Source: Porticoccaceae bacterium
GTDB lineage: Bacteria > Pseudomonadota > Gammaproteobacteria > Pseudomonadales > Porticoccaceae
NCBI GenBank assembly: GCA_041594335.1
Contig: JBFHML010000003.1
Span: 5,412 to 69,411, forward strand
Direction: 5' to 3'
Length of the DNA: 64,000 nt
In this document: one piece after another, positions 1 through 10,500 of the stretch
Layout of the letters: each line of letters begins with the position of its first letter
Numbering within the stretch: the stretch's first letter is position 1
Notes under the pieces: generated by a model
What the model was told of the DNA's origin: nothing
Database searches by the model: none
The model's input: the letters and a program-made list of their open reading frames with translations, nothing else
Program-made: the position numbers and the translations under genes

Positions 1-187
1 TCTGATCTAAGCTGGAGAAGCCCGCGAGGAGTCCGACGGCAACCGCGGCACGGGCAAGCGCTCCATGATAGCAGGGCCCGGCAGTACGAATCGTCGCGCC
101 CCTCTGTCTGGCGCAGCGAGCGGTCTGCTATGGTAGCCCCAATGATCTGCGATGCTTATCGCCACGGAACACTTGGGGGGAACAACC

Positions 188-1228
188 ATGAAACTGGGAT
201 TGATGGCCGGCTATTCCGGCAGCAAAGCCAAGGTGCCACTAGACGTCATTCACCACGCCGAAAAACTAGGCTACGATTCGGTATGGACGGCGGAAGCCTA
301 TGGCGCAGACGCCGTCACCACGGCAACCTGGATTCTCGCCAACACCCGTCGCATTCGCGCAGGCACCGCCATCATGCAGATGCCTGCACGCACTCCGGCC
401 ATGGCGGCAATGACCGCGATGACGCTATCGCACCTCTCCGGCAACCGCTTCATCGTCGGGCTCGGTGCCTCTGGACCCCAAGTGGTGGAGGGCTGGCATG
501 GCGTGCCTTACGGTAAACCGGTGACCCGGCTGAAAGAATACATCCAAATCATGAAGCAGATCTTTGCGCGACAAGCGCCAGTCAGTTTCGAGGGTCAGAT
601 GTATCAGTTGCCCTATCGGGGTGCCGATGCCACCGGCCTTGGCAAGCCACTCAAAAGCATCCTGCACTGTGACGCAGAGATCCCGATCTACAGCGCCAAT
701 ATCACACCCGCCGGGGTCCGCGCCGCCGCTGAAGTTGCCGACGGCTTTTTCCCCGTCTGGATGGACCCGGAGCGCTTCGACGTCTTCGAAAAGCCCCTGC
801 AAGAAGGCTTTTCCGCTGCGGGAGGCGGCAAGTCGTTGTCGGACTTCGATATAGCACCCTTCGTGCGCGTGGTCATCGGCGACGACGTGGCCGCCTGCAT
901 GCAGCCCTTAAAGCGTCACCTCGCACTCTACATCGGCGGCATGGGGGCACGTAACAAGAATTTCTATAACGATTACGCGAAACGCTTAGGCTACGAGGCT
1001 GCGGCGAAGAAGATCCAGGATTTATATCTCGCCGGCAACAAGGAAGAGGCCGCCGCTGCAGTACCGGACGAGCTGGTAGATGCCTGTAATCTGGTCGGTC
1101 CGCCGGCGCGTATCCGAGACCGTGCCCAACGCTGGGCGGAAGCTGCCCGACGTGGCCAGGTCGGCACCCTGTTACTCGCTGACGCCGATACAGATGCTGT
1201 CGAGCTGATGGCGGAGATTTTCGCCTGA
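188..1228 (+). CDS. LLM-class (luciferase-like) flavin/F420-dependent oxidoreductase
   Basis: ORF 152..1228. [11 protein letters not shown]...[20 protein letters not shown] and [15 protein letters not shown] resemble the luciferase-like monooxygenase family. Start moved to ATG 188, which follows a GGGGGAA ribosome-binding site. Confidence 0.8.
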   Translation: MKLGLMAGYSGSKAKVPLDVIHHAEKLGYDSVWTAEAYGADAVTTATWILANTRRIRAGTAIMQMPARTPAMAAMTAMTLSHLSGNRFIVGLGASGPQVVEGWHGVPYGKPVTRLKEYIQIMKQIFARQAPVSFEGQMYQLPYRGADATGLGKPLKSILHCDAEIPIYSANITPAGVRAAAEVADGFFPVWMDPERFDVFEKPLQEGFSAAGGGKSLSDFDIAPFVRVVIGDDVAACMQPLKRHLALYIGGMGARNKNFYNDYAKRLGYEAAAKKIQDLYLAGNKEEAAAAVPDELVDACNLVGPPARIRDRAQRWAEAARRGQVGTLLLADADTDAVELMAEIFA

Positions 1229-1278
1229 GCAACGACGACCCCAATTCCACGACCGCAGGCGTCCGGGTATCAAAACTG

Positions 1279-1977
1279 ATGGCCGAGCGCGGGCTATGCT
1301 CGCGCCGCGAAGCAGACAGCTATATTGCCGAGGGCTTGGTATTCGTCAATGGCGAACGGATCACACAGCTGGGCACCCGAGTCGAGCCGGACGCCAAGAT
1401 CCGGCTCGCCAAGTCTGCCCGCGCACGTCAAGAGCGCCGCGCCACGATTCTGCTGCACAAGCCGGTAGGCTATGTCTCTGGGCAGGCCGAAGGCGGTTAC
1501 CGGCCGGCTACCACACTGATCACCGCCGCCAACCAATTACCGGGGAACCGACCGCCCTGGCGAGCCGAGCACCTCCGGGGGCTGGCACCTGCGGGACGCT
1601 TGGACATCGACTCCACTGGGCTGCTCATACTCACTCAAGATGGACGCATCGCTCGCCAGCTGGTCGGTGCGGATTCCCGCATCGACAAAGAGTACTTGGT
1701 ACGGGTAGAGGGTAACCTCGATCGACGGGGGCTGGCCTTGCTCAATCACGGCTTGGTCCTCGACGGCAAAGCACTGCGCCCCGCGCAGGTCGACTGGGCG
1801 AATCCCGACCAACTACGCTTTGTCCTACGCGAGGGCCGCAAGCGCCAGATTCGCCGCATGTGCGAGCTGGTCGGACTCCAAGTGATCGGACTCAAGCGGG
1901 TCCGCATCGGCCGCATTCGGTTGGGTAAGCTGCCGCCGGGACAGTGGCGATTTCTCGCCGACCAAGAAAAATTCTGA
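1279..1977 (+). CDS. rRNA pseudouridine synthase, RsuA/RluF family
   Basis: S4-like N-terminus ([21 protein letters not shown]), catalytic [17 protein letters not shown], and a KRQIRRMCE motif. Confidence 0.85.
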   Translation: MAERGLCSRREADSYIAEGLVFVNGERITQLGTRVEPDAKIRLAKSARARQERRATILLHKPVGYVSGQAEGGYRPATTLITAANQLPGNRPPWRAEHLRGLAPAGRLDIDSTGLLILTQDGRIARQLVGADSRIDKEYLVRVEGNLDRRGLALLNHGLVLDGKALRPAQVDWANPDQLRFVLREGRKRQIRRMCELVGLQVIGLKRVRIGRIRLGKLPPGQWRFLADQEKF

Positions 1978-2216
1978 TTCTCGCAGATCGACGATCACCC
2001 GCTCAACACAAACGCCTGCCAGCGATGCTGATTTGGCCCCGGGTACTTTTTAGTTGGGAAAATCGAGTTCGTAGTAGCCGCAATCGAAATGCTAGCGCGA
2101 CCTCGTCGTGCCACAGCGGCCCCGGTACAACAACTGCGCACTGTTGCCCAAGCTCTCGCGTGTGATGAAGTGAAGCGACTGAGCCAAGGTGCACCGGCTC
2201 TGGTAAGGCTGACCCT

Positions 2217-3041
2217 TCAAAACTCAACCTCTACTTCATAAGCGGCAAACTTACGCACATTGAACACCCCCGTATCCAAAATCAAATACTGGCCCTTGAT
2301 CCCCAACAATTGCCCCGAGATCTCCGGCGTCTTGTCCAGATTCCACGCCTTGACCTTGAGCGGGTAGGTGAGCACCGGATAATCGATCACCACCGCCTCG
2401 GCATCGGCCATGAGCTGCACTGCCTGAATCCCAAAACGCTCCGCCAAGGCTTCCAGGTCGGCCGCACAGCACGCGAATAGCCGATCGCGAATTGCGGCAA
2501 GATCTGCCGGTGGCGGCGGGCCTTTGAGCATCGCCCGCCAGTCCGTGGTGTCCCGCACCACTTTGCGCAGCGCTGCCTCTACCAGCCCAGCCTGCTGACG
2601 GGTATGGGTGCGGATGATGGGCAGGGCCTGCGTCGCGCCCTGATCGATCCAGCGGGTCGGTGTCTGGCCGACACGGGTAATGCCTACCTTCACCCCTGAG
2701 GAATTGGCAAGGTATACCAGGTGTCCGGTCATGCAGAATCCAGCCGCCCACTCGGGATCCCGGCACGTACCGGCATCAAAGTGACAGCGATCAGGGCTCA
2801 GCACGCACAGATCACATTCGGCGAGCTTGCGAAAGCAGGGATAGCAGTATCCACCCGAGAAACTCTTCGTTGTGGTACGACCACAGTGTGCGCAGTGAAT
2901 GGCTCCGGCGTACTGTATACGCAAGGGTTTGCCGATCCATTCGTTGAGGGGGATGCGCGACGCATCGAGCTTCAACCAATAGTCTACGGGCGCGCCCAGA
3001 GTACTGGGCATCTTGTCGAGGTGACCTCGATAGTGGGGCAT
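2217..3041 (-). CDS. DUF2797-like protein (Cys-rich Zn-ribbon region plus possible GIY-YIG/T5orf172-like core)
   Basis: ORF 2217..3173 trimmed to ATG 3041, 10 nt after the upstream stop. Three CxxC pairs (CAHC, CYPC, CDLC) are followed by HLVYLANSSGVKVGITR. Family name is from memory of similar proteins. Confidence 0.7.
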   Translation of the reverse strand: MPHYRGHLDKMPSTLGAPVDYWLKLDASRIPLNEWIGKPLRIQYAGAIHCAHCGRTTTKSFSGGYCYPCFRKLAECDLCVLSPDRCHFDAGTCRDPEWAAGFCMTGHLVYLANSSGVKVGITRVGQTPTRWIDQGATQALPIIRTHTRQQAGLVEAALRKVVRDTTDWRAMLKGPPPPADLAAIRDRLFACCAADLEALAERFGIQAVQLMADAEAVVIDYPVLTYPLKVKAWNLDKTPEISGQLLGIKGQYLILDTGVFNVRKFAAYEVEVEF

Positions 3042-3051
3042 GGCTTGGCCG

Positions 3052-3336
3052 TCAAGAGCGCCACTGCAACGGGCGCGGTTTCTGACTTTCGTCTTCGTCT
3101 TCACCGCCACAAGAAACAGGTGGCGGTCGGGGAATATGGCCAACTCGCTGGTCAGCGGGCAGATGCCGCTCACCCCAGGCGATCACCGCCTGCAGGCATA
3201 GAGCACGCTGCTCGTCATCTAGACGGCGTCCATCCGGCCAACGCCCCGTGGCTACGGCATCCTGCAGTGTCTGATAGACCTCGGGCGTAATTCGGGAGAG
3301 CAAGTCATCGAGCTTCATGATCTGCGACTCTGACAT
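3052..3336 (-). CDS. yeaC: YeaC / DUF1315 family protein
   Basis: MSESQIMKLDDLLSRITPEVYQTLQDAVATGRWPDGRRL...LCLQAVIAW resembles YeaC-like proteins. ATG 3336 overlaps the rhomboid stop (TGATG). Confidence 0.7.
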   Translation of the reverse strand: MSESQIMKLDDLLSRITPEVYQTLQDAVATGRWPDGRRLDDEQRALCLQAVIAWGERHLPADQRVGHIPRPPPVSCGGEDEDESQKPRPLQWRS

Positions 3337-4178
3337 CAAGCGCGGCTGCGGGCCGTAACGCCAGCTAGGGTGCCAAACGCCACGCCGATCAGCAATCCAG
3401 TGACATGGGCACCGTTAGCGACACCGCCCTGAATAAACCAATCCACTACACCCACTAGGCACAGCAGTAACCAAGCCAGCATTAACGGCACAATGCCCGG
3501 TGTCAGCCGCAACAAGGGATGGGGCGCCAATCGGTGGCGGATCCATATATAGCCAAGCAGGCCATAAACTACCCCCGATAGCCCCCCAAACAAGCTATCC
3601 GGCTGCCATAGATACTGGCCAACATTGGCTCCCATCGCGGTTGCCAGGAAAATCAACAGAAAATTGCCGTGGCCGACCAACGCCTCGATACGGCGTCCAA
3701 ACTCCCACATCCACAATGCATTGAAAACGATGTGGAAAATTCCGAAATGCAAAAAGGCCGGGGTGAGTAAGCGCCAGTATTCACCACGGGCAAAAGCAGT
3801 GGCTGGCGACTCCAGACGCAATTCTTCGCTGCCGAGCAGCGAAAAATCCTGAAAGGTGAGGCTGGAGACCCAATAGGGGGCGAAACTGACCAACAGCGCG
3901 CCCGCCAACCCCAATAGTAGTACGGCCACGACGGCGGGGACCGCCCGCGCCTGGGAGGCCAACCCCTGTGCAGCCGCTGCGGTGCGCCGATCGTATTCGC
4001 GCAGTACCACTAGTACCGTGGGGATATCTTCACGCCGAGCAACGCGTAGCAAACGCCGTTCGTCCGCACCCTCAATCCGGTGTGCAATACCGCGGGCGGT
4101 CAACTGCAGAGACAGGATCTCACCGTCGAGACCCGGCGGCAGCTCGGCTACCGTGATCCAGGGCTCAACCTCGGTCAT
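3336..4178 (-). CDS. Rhomboid family intramembrane serine protease (GlpG-like, with cytoplasmic N-domain)
   Basis: Multi-TM protein with rhomboid motifs HIVFNALW, GGLSGVVYG (catalytic Ser) and GAHVTGLLIG (catalytic His). Its start overlaps the nadK stop (ATGA). Confidence 0.85.
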   Translation of the reverse strand: MTEVEPWITVAELPPGLDGEILSLQLTARGIAHRIEGADERRLLRVARREDIPTVLVVLREYDRRTAAAAQGLASQARAVPAVVAVLLLGLAGALLVSFAPYWVSSLTFQDFSLLGSEELRLESPATAFARGEYWRLLTPAFLHFGIFHIVFNALWMWEFGRRIEALVGHGNFLLIFLATAMGANVGQYLWQPDSLFGGLSGVVYGLLGYIWIRHRLAPHPLLRLTPGIVPLMLAWLLLCLVGVVDWFIQGGVANGAHVTGLLIGVAFGTLAGVTARSRA

Positions 4179-5128
4179 GCCTCGCCGTTACCGTCATCGT
4201 GACGCACCGAATCCAACCGGCTCCCCCAGCCGAGCTTGGTACGACAAATTTGGTAGAAGTTGTGATCCACGGGATGGATCAGCCGCACTGGTCGCGGCCG
4301 CTTGCGAATACGAATGACATCTTCCGGCGCGGTCGTGAGCTCATATTGGCCGTCACAGGTAATCGCCGGGCACAATTCATCGCGTACCCCTACTCGAATC
4401 TCGATAGCGCTATCGCCATCGAGCACTATGGGTCGGCTATTGAGAGAGTGAGGATTCATCGGCACTAGCACAATGGCATCGAGCTGTGGATGCAAAATAG
4501 GGCCACCTGCGGACAAAGCGTACGCGGTAGATCCGGTGGGCGTGGCGACGATCAGGCCATCGGAGTGTTGGCTATAGACAAACTGGCCATCCACATAGAG
4601 CTCGAATTCCATCATGCGCACGGAACGTCCTGGGTGCAGCACGACATCATTGGCGGCTGTCCCGGAAGCGGCAACCACTCCCTGACGCGATATTTCTGCG
4701 CCGAGCAGAAAGCGTTCGCTGAGTTGGTATTCGCCGGCAAGAACCCGGCCAATACCCTGCTCCATCGCTTCCGGTGGAATATCCGTGAGGAAACCCAAAC
4801 GCCCCCGGTTGAGGCCCAACAAGGGTACGTCGAGTCCGGCGAGCGCACGAATCGCACCCAACATGCTGCCATCACCCCCCACGACGATCACCAGATCCAC
4901 GGCATCGGGCTTCAGAGTCCGACCCTCGACGATCTCGATGGAGCGATCGTCGAGCAGATTGGCTGTCGCTCGTTCGGCAACCACCGCGCGCCCATCACTC
5001 TTGAGGAAAGCAACCAGACGATTGAGGCTTTCCACCACTTCAGGGCTGCGAAGCCGGGCGACCACGCCGATGCGTTGAAAAGAGGACATGAAGGGGTGGG
5101 ACTGCGCAGGTGTTTTCTGATTATACAC
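4175..5128 (-). CDS. nadK: NAD(+) kinase
   Basis: GGDGSMLGA, NRGRLGFLTD and ATPTGSTAYALSAGGPI motifs. GTG 5128 is preceded by AGGA; an alternative ATG lies at 5089. Confidence 0.9.
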   Translation of the reverse strand: MYNQKTPAQSHPFMSSFQRIGVVARLRSPEVVESLNRLVAFLKSDGRAVVAERATANLLDDRSIEIVEGRTLKPDAVDLVIVVGGDGSMLGAIRALAGLDVPLLGLNRGRLGFLTDIPPEAMEQGIGRVLAGEYQLSERFLLGAEISRQGVVAASGTAANDVVLHPGRSVRMMEFELYVDGQFVYSQHSDGLIVATPTGSTAYALSAGGPILHPQLDAIVLVPMNPHSLNSRPIVLDGDSAIEIRVGVRDELCPAITCDGQYELTTAPEDVIRIRKRPRPVRLIHPVDHNFYQICRTKLGWGSRLDSVRHDDGNGEA

Positions 5129-5168
5129 AAGGGTCCTTTATTCCCAGTGGGACAGACTGGCACTAGAC

Positions 5169-5188
5169 CACTGTATATTTAAACAGTA
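5169..5188. promoter_or_regulatory. LexA (SOS) box
   Basis: CACTGTATATTTAAACAGTA contains a perfect CTGT-N8-ACAG core at 5171..5186, matching the gamma/beta-proteobacterial LexA consensus. It sits about 45 nt upstream of imuA. Confidence 0.8.
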
Positions 5189-5231
5189 TTCTGGTGCTGA
5201 CCTGTGATTGCCTTCGGATTACCACACTCCC

Positions 5232-5960
5232 ATGCGCCCCAGCCACTCCCATCTGCTGCAGTATCCCGGACTCCGCCCGGCTGCGGCGGCCCAGAGCGCA
5301 CCTTCGGGCATCGCCACCGGCAATCCCTCCCTGGACGCGCAGCTGCACTGGCGCGGCTGGCCGACAGCAGCCCTGACCGAGCTGCTAGCGGTCCCCGGGA
5401 CCGGGGAGTTCCGCCTAGTCACGCCCACCCTGTCGCAGTTAGCTGCACGTGGATGGATCTTTCTGCTAGATCCCCCCTATCTGCCCCACGCCCAAGCGCT
5501 GCGCCAAGTCGGATTGCCGACGGCACGCCTGCTGGTACTGCACTGCTCCAGCGGCGGCGACCAACTCTGGGCCGGAGAACAAATCCTCCGCTCCGGCACC
5601 TGCGCCGCTGCGCTCTTCTGGGAGCAGGACGCTAACTGGCGCCACGGGCAACTGCTGCGCCTGCAAAGCGCCGCTCGCACCGCAACTGGCCCGGTATTTC
5701 TGTATCGCCACCCACAAGCACTCCGCACCTGGTCACCGGCACCACTGCGCATTGGATTGCAAAGCCATGCCGCCGGAAATCGGCTGATCATTCATAAGCA
5801 ACCCGGCCCGAGTGGCCAGACGCTGCCACTGACATCTGCATCCGCGACGGCCCTGATCCACACCGAACCGAAATCACCGCTAGCCGCTTACTCCCTTACA
5901 CACCCAAGGGAGGCGAACAGGGAAGCCACCTCCCCATCACGGCCCCAGGCGCCACACTGA
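5232..5960 (+). CDS. imuA: Translesion-synthesis-associated protein ImuA (RecA/SulA-like)
   Basis: First gene of the LexA-boxed cassette upstream of imuB and dnaE2. WPTAALTELLAVPGTGEFRLV...WIFLLDPPY is typical of ImuA. Its stop overlaps the imuB ATG (TGATG). Confidence 0.8.
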   Translation: MRPSHSHLLQYPGLRPAAAAQSAPSGIATGNPSLDAQLHWRGWPTAALTELLAVPGTGEFRLVTPTLSQLAARGWIFLLDPPYLPHAQALRQVGLPTARLLVLHCSSGGDQLWAGEQILRSGTCAAALFWEQDANWRHGQLLRLQSAARTATGPVFLYRHPQALRTWSPAPLRIGLQSHAAGNRLIIHKQPGPSGQTLPLTSASATALIHTEPKSPLAAYSLTHPREANREATSPSRPQAPH

Positions 5961-7417
5961 TGTTGTGGCTGGGAATCCGTTGCCTAGACCTACCCCTGGC
6001 GGCGCTAATAACTGACTACCGCCCCGATTATCCGCTGGCGATCCTCGACGGGCAGCGGATTTGCGCTTGCAACGCCGCTGCGGCGGCGGCAGGCGTCACT
6101 ACCGCTCAACCCATTGCCAGCGCCCTTGCTCATTGTCCGACGCTGCAGACCCTCCCGCGCGATCCACAGCGGGAGAGCGTAGCCCTGGAATCTCTTGGCA
6201 TGGCCTGTCACAACTTCACGCCCAGGGTCGCCCTGCACCCCCCCACAGCCCTACTACTCGAGATAGGCGGCAGTCTGAAACTGTTCGGTGGCCTGGTCGC
6301 ACTGCTTGCCAAGCTGCGTGCCCTGCTTGACCTCCATCGCCTACCTGCCAGTCTGGGCGCCGCATCTAGCCCGGCGGCAGCTTTGCTATTAACCCATGCC
6401 GAGACCGACCCCCTGACCTATCTCGATCGTCACGGCGAGATCCAACCCAAAGTATTCACTGAGCATTTACACCGTCTGCCGCTCACCGCGCTCACATGCC
6501 TCCCCTCGGTCCGCAACGCGCTGTCACAAGCCGGTCTGGAGACGCTGGGCGACCTGCTCAAGCTGCCACCCAGCGCACTGGGCCGACGCTATGGCAAAGA
6601 TTTGCTGCGCTATCTCCAGCGGATTCAAGGGCAATACCCAGACCCACAAACTCCCCTGACGCTACCGCCCGCTTTCCAGCGTTCACTCGAATTCGACCTC
6701 GGCGTCGAAGACGTGGAAACGCTTCTTTTCCCAGCCCGTCGCCTGCTCCAGGAGCTGAGTGGTTACCTACGCGCCCGCCAGCGCTCCTGCGGCAGCCTGC
6801 ACTGGCAGCTGTCACAGCAGGACGGTGCCACGACCAAACTGCCATTGCGCCTCACTCATCCCCGAAGCGACCTACAGCACTTGCTTGAACTCACCCGGCT
6901 GAGCTTCATAGGGTTGCGTCTCCCTGCACCAGTCACAGCGTTAGCGCTGCACTGCCGCGATCTACAGACCCCGACGACACATCAGTCGGACCTGCTCGGT
7001 ACCCTCGGGCGAGCGGCCGATATCGAGACCCTGGAAACCCTGTGCGATCGCCTCGGCGCTCGGCTCGGCACCGAGGCAATCCAACGCCCACTATCTTGCG
7101 ACGAGCATCTACCGGAACGCGCCGGGGTTCTCGCACCCCTGGCACAGGGCAAGGATCTTCAACCCGCTCTGCCGCAGGCACCGCGCCCCCTGTGGCTGCT
7201 GGAACCGCCACGACCACTGGCGACGCAGTGCAATCGACCCTGCCTGGCTGACAAACCACTAGCACTGGAGCCTGACCCGGAGCGAATCGAGAGCCACTGG
7301 TGGAGTACGCCTACAAGCCGCGACTACTTCCGAGGCCACAGTAGTGATGGCCGCCATTGCTGGGTGTATCGGGACCGCCGCAGCGGCGCCTGGTTTCTAC
7401 ACGGCCTGTTCGGCTGA
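5960..7417 (+). CDS. imuB: Y-family DNA polymerase-like protein ImuB
   Basis: N-terminus MLWLGIRCLDLPLAAL and its position between imuA and dnaE2 match the ImuB family. Confidence 0.85.
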   Translation: MLWLGIRCLDLPLAALITDYRPDYPLAILDGQRICACNAAAAAAGVTTAQPIASALAHCPTLQTLPRDPQRESVALESLGMACHNFTPRVALHPPTALLLEIGGSLKLFGGLVALLAKLRALLDLHRLPASLGAASSPAAALLLTHAETDPLTYLDRHGEIQPKVFTEHLHRLPLTALTCLPSVRNALSQAGLETLGDLLKLPPSALGRRYGKDLLRYLQRIQGQYPDPQTPLTLPPAFQRSLEFDLGVEDVETLLFPARRLLQELSGYLRARQRSCGSLHWQLSQQDGATTKLPLRLTHPRSDLQHLLELTRLSFIGLRLPAPVTALALHCRDLQTPTTHQSDLLGTLGRAADIETLETLCDRLGARLGTEAIQRPLSCDEHLPERAGVLAPLAQGKDLQPALPQAPRPLWLLEPPRPLATQCNRPCLADKPLALEPDPERIESHWWSTPTSRDYFRGHSSDGRHCWVYRDRRSGAWFLHGLFG

Positions 7418-7541
7418 TACCTATGGATACAGGTCGTGAACAACCCGATCTACCCACGCCACCACACCTTATCGGACAGTACACCGGCAAGCGCCGTATG
7501 CCGCATGGTCCATCACAAGATCCTACGCCGTAGCTGATGCC

Positions 7542-10500
7542 ATGTACGCCGAACTGCATGCCATCAGCAACTTCAGCTTCCTGTGCGGCGCCTCGCACCC
7601 CCAGGAGTTGGTGCGGCGGGCCGCAGAATTGGGCTATGCGGCCATCGCACTGACTGATGAGTGTTCCCTGGCAGGTGCAGTACGCGCCCACCTCGCAGCT
7701 AAGGAATACGGCATCCAGCTGATCCTAGGCAGCGAATTCCAACTTCGGGAAGGGATTCATCTGATTCTCTTGGCACCCAACCGGGAGGCCTATGGTGATC
7801 TCGCCAGCCTCATCAGTCTGGGTCGGCGGCGCAGCACCAAGGGCGCGTATGATTTGGGCCTGGGTGATCTGGCGCCTTATGCCAGGCACTGCCTGGCGCT
7901 CTGGCGTCCCGGCCGGGACGGCAATCCGACCACCGGGGCCCGACTGCGCGGACTGTTCGAGCAACGCCTGTGGATCGGCATCGCCCGCCACTTGGATGGC
8001 GACGGCGATATCTTCACCCAACAGTGCCGCATGGCGACGCTGCTGGGCATCCCCCCCGTCGCCTGCGGCGCAGTCACCATGCATTGCCCGCAGCGCAAGC
8101 CGCTGCTAGATGCCTTGACCGCCATCCGTCTCCATATCCCGATCCACGCCTTGGGCCGGCATCTGACCGCCAACGCTGAGCGCCACCTACGCCCCTTGGC
8201 GCGGCTGCACGCCCTCTACCCCCAACCCCTGCTTGATGAAACCCTCGCTATCGCCGCGCGCTGTCACTTCTCACTTGATGAATTGCGTTATGAGTATCCC
8301 GATGAGGTGGTTCCGGCCGGGACCTCCGCCGCAGCCCACCTGGCCGCTCTGGTCACCGAGGGCGCCGCCCGGCGTTGGCCCAGGGGAGTACCACCGGCCA
8401 TACAGACTGCCCTGAAACGCGAATTGGCAGTGATCTCCGAACTCGGTTATGAACACTATTTCCTGACGATCCATGACATCGTCGCCTTCGCCCGTGACCG
8501 CGGCATTCTCTGCCAGGGGCGCGGATCGGCGGCCAATTCCGTGGTCTGCTATTGCCTGTTCATCACCGAGGTTTCCCCGGAGCAGGTCGAGTTGCTGTTC
8601 GAGCGCTTCATTTCCCGAGAGCGGGATGAACCACCGGACATCGACGTCGACTTTGAACACGAACGACGCGAAGAGGTCATCCAATACATCTATCGCAAAT
8701 ATGGTCGCGAACGTGCCGCCCTGACCGCGACCCTGATCACCTATCGCCACCGCAGCGCGGTGCGCGATCTGGGCAAGGCGCTGGGCCTCGACCCCTTGCT
8801 GATCGAGCGCCTAACCCAGTCCCAAATGCGCTGGGATCACAGTGACGAACTCGCCCAACAGTTGCGTGAACTGGCCGGCGGTGACGATCCGCGCCTGAGC
8901 TGGCTGGTCCGACTGGCAACAGAAATTCGTGGCTTTCCCCGCCACCTGTCCCAACATGTCGGCGGTTTTGTCATCAGCCGGGGCCCCATTACCCAGTTGG
9001 TGCCCGTGGAAAACGCCGCCATGGCCGAACGCACCGTCATCCAATGGGATAAAGAAGACATCGAAGCCCTGGGACTGATGAAGGTCGATGTGCTGGCTTT
9101 GGGCATGCTGAGTGCAATCCGCAAATGCCTGGCAACCCTGGCGGAGCTGGGAATCCCGATCAATAGCATCGATGCCATCCCACCGGGGGATCCGGCCACC
9201 TATGACATGCTGTGTCGGGGCGACAGCATCGGTGTCTTTCAGGTCGAATCTCGCGCCCAAATGTCCATGCTGCCGCGGCTGCAGCCGCGCTGCTATTACG
9301 ACCTGGTGATTCAGGTCGCCATCGTGCGTCCTGGCCCCATCCAGGGAGACATGGTGCACCCTTTTCTACGCCGCCGCGAAGGCAGTGAGCCGGTTAGCTA
9401 CCCCAACGATGCCATCCGCGCAGTGCTTGAACGCACTCTGGGCGTCCCGATATTTCAGGAACAAGCGATCAAGCTAGCCATGGTGGCAGCCGGTTTTAGC
9501 GGCGGCGAAGCGGATCGCCTGCGGCGCGCCATGGCGAGCTGGGGCCAGAGCGGCAATCTGTCTTCCTTCGAGCGCAAGCTGATCGAAGGCATGACCGCGC
9601 GCGGCTACGATCTCGATTTCGCCCGCCGCCTGTTCGAGCAGATCAAAGGTTTTGGGGGGTATGGGTTCCCCGAGTCCCACGCTGCTAGCTTCGCGTTGCT
9701 GGTCTATGTCTCGGCTTGGCTCAAATGCCACTATCCGGCGCCCTTTTATTGCGCGCTGCTCAACAGCCAGCCCATGGGATTTTATTCTCCCTCACAGCTG
9801 ATCCAGGATGCCTCCCGACACCACGTCGAGGTGCGCCCGGTGGATGTAATCCACAGCCACTGGCACCACAGGTTAGAAGTCACCACCGATGGCAAACTGG
9901 CCCTGCGACTCGGTCTGCGCCTGGTACGCGGCTTGCACCGCGCCGCCGGTGAGCGCATCCGCCACGCGCGAAAACGACAGTCCTTTACCCACCTAGCGGA
10001 TCTGGCCCGACGCGCCGACCTCGATCGCGGCCAACTCGCCGCCCTAGCTGCTGCCAATGCCCTGCAGCATTTCAGCCCCCACCGCCACCAAGCCCACTGG
10101 GACATCGCCGGACTCGAACCTCCTGCGCCACTGGCCACTGAGGTGGCGACTATAGAACGCCCTATTGAATTGCCCAGACCGAGTAGCGCAGCAGACCTGC
10201 TTGCCGATTACCGCGCTACCGGTCTGACGCTGGGCCCCCATCCCCTGGCATTGCTGCGTCAACACCCCTTATTTCGCCGCTGTGTCCGCCAGCAAGCACT
10301 GCCCGGACACCGCAATGGCAGCTTTGTCCGCGTCGCCGGGCTGGTCACCGGACGCCAACGTCCAGGGACCGCCTCCGGCATCCTCTTTCTAACCCTGGAG
10401 GACGAGACCGGGAATCTCAATGTCATTGTTTGGCGAAACCTGCAAGCCCGCTACCGGCCCATCCTGGGCAGTGCCCGGCTACTATTAGTCAAAGGGATAT

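Noticed and set aside
7-189. 60-aa minus-strand ORF at the left edge.
   Set aside because: It has no ribosome-binding site and no recognisable domain, and it overlaps the promoter and start region of the LLM oxidoreductase gene. Probably spurious.
1978-2216. 239-bp convergent gap between the pseudouridine synthase and DUF2797 genes, considered for an sRNA or a small gene.
   Set aside because: I found only weak 4-5-bp stems, no promoter-terminator pair, and only low-quality overlapping ORFs (1944..2165, 2003..2227). There is nothing I can support from sequence alone.
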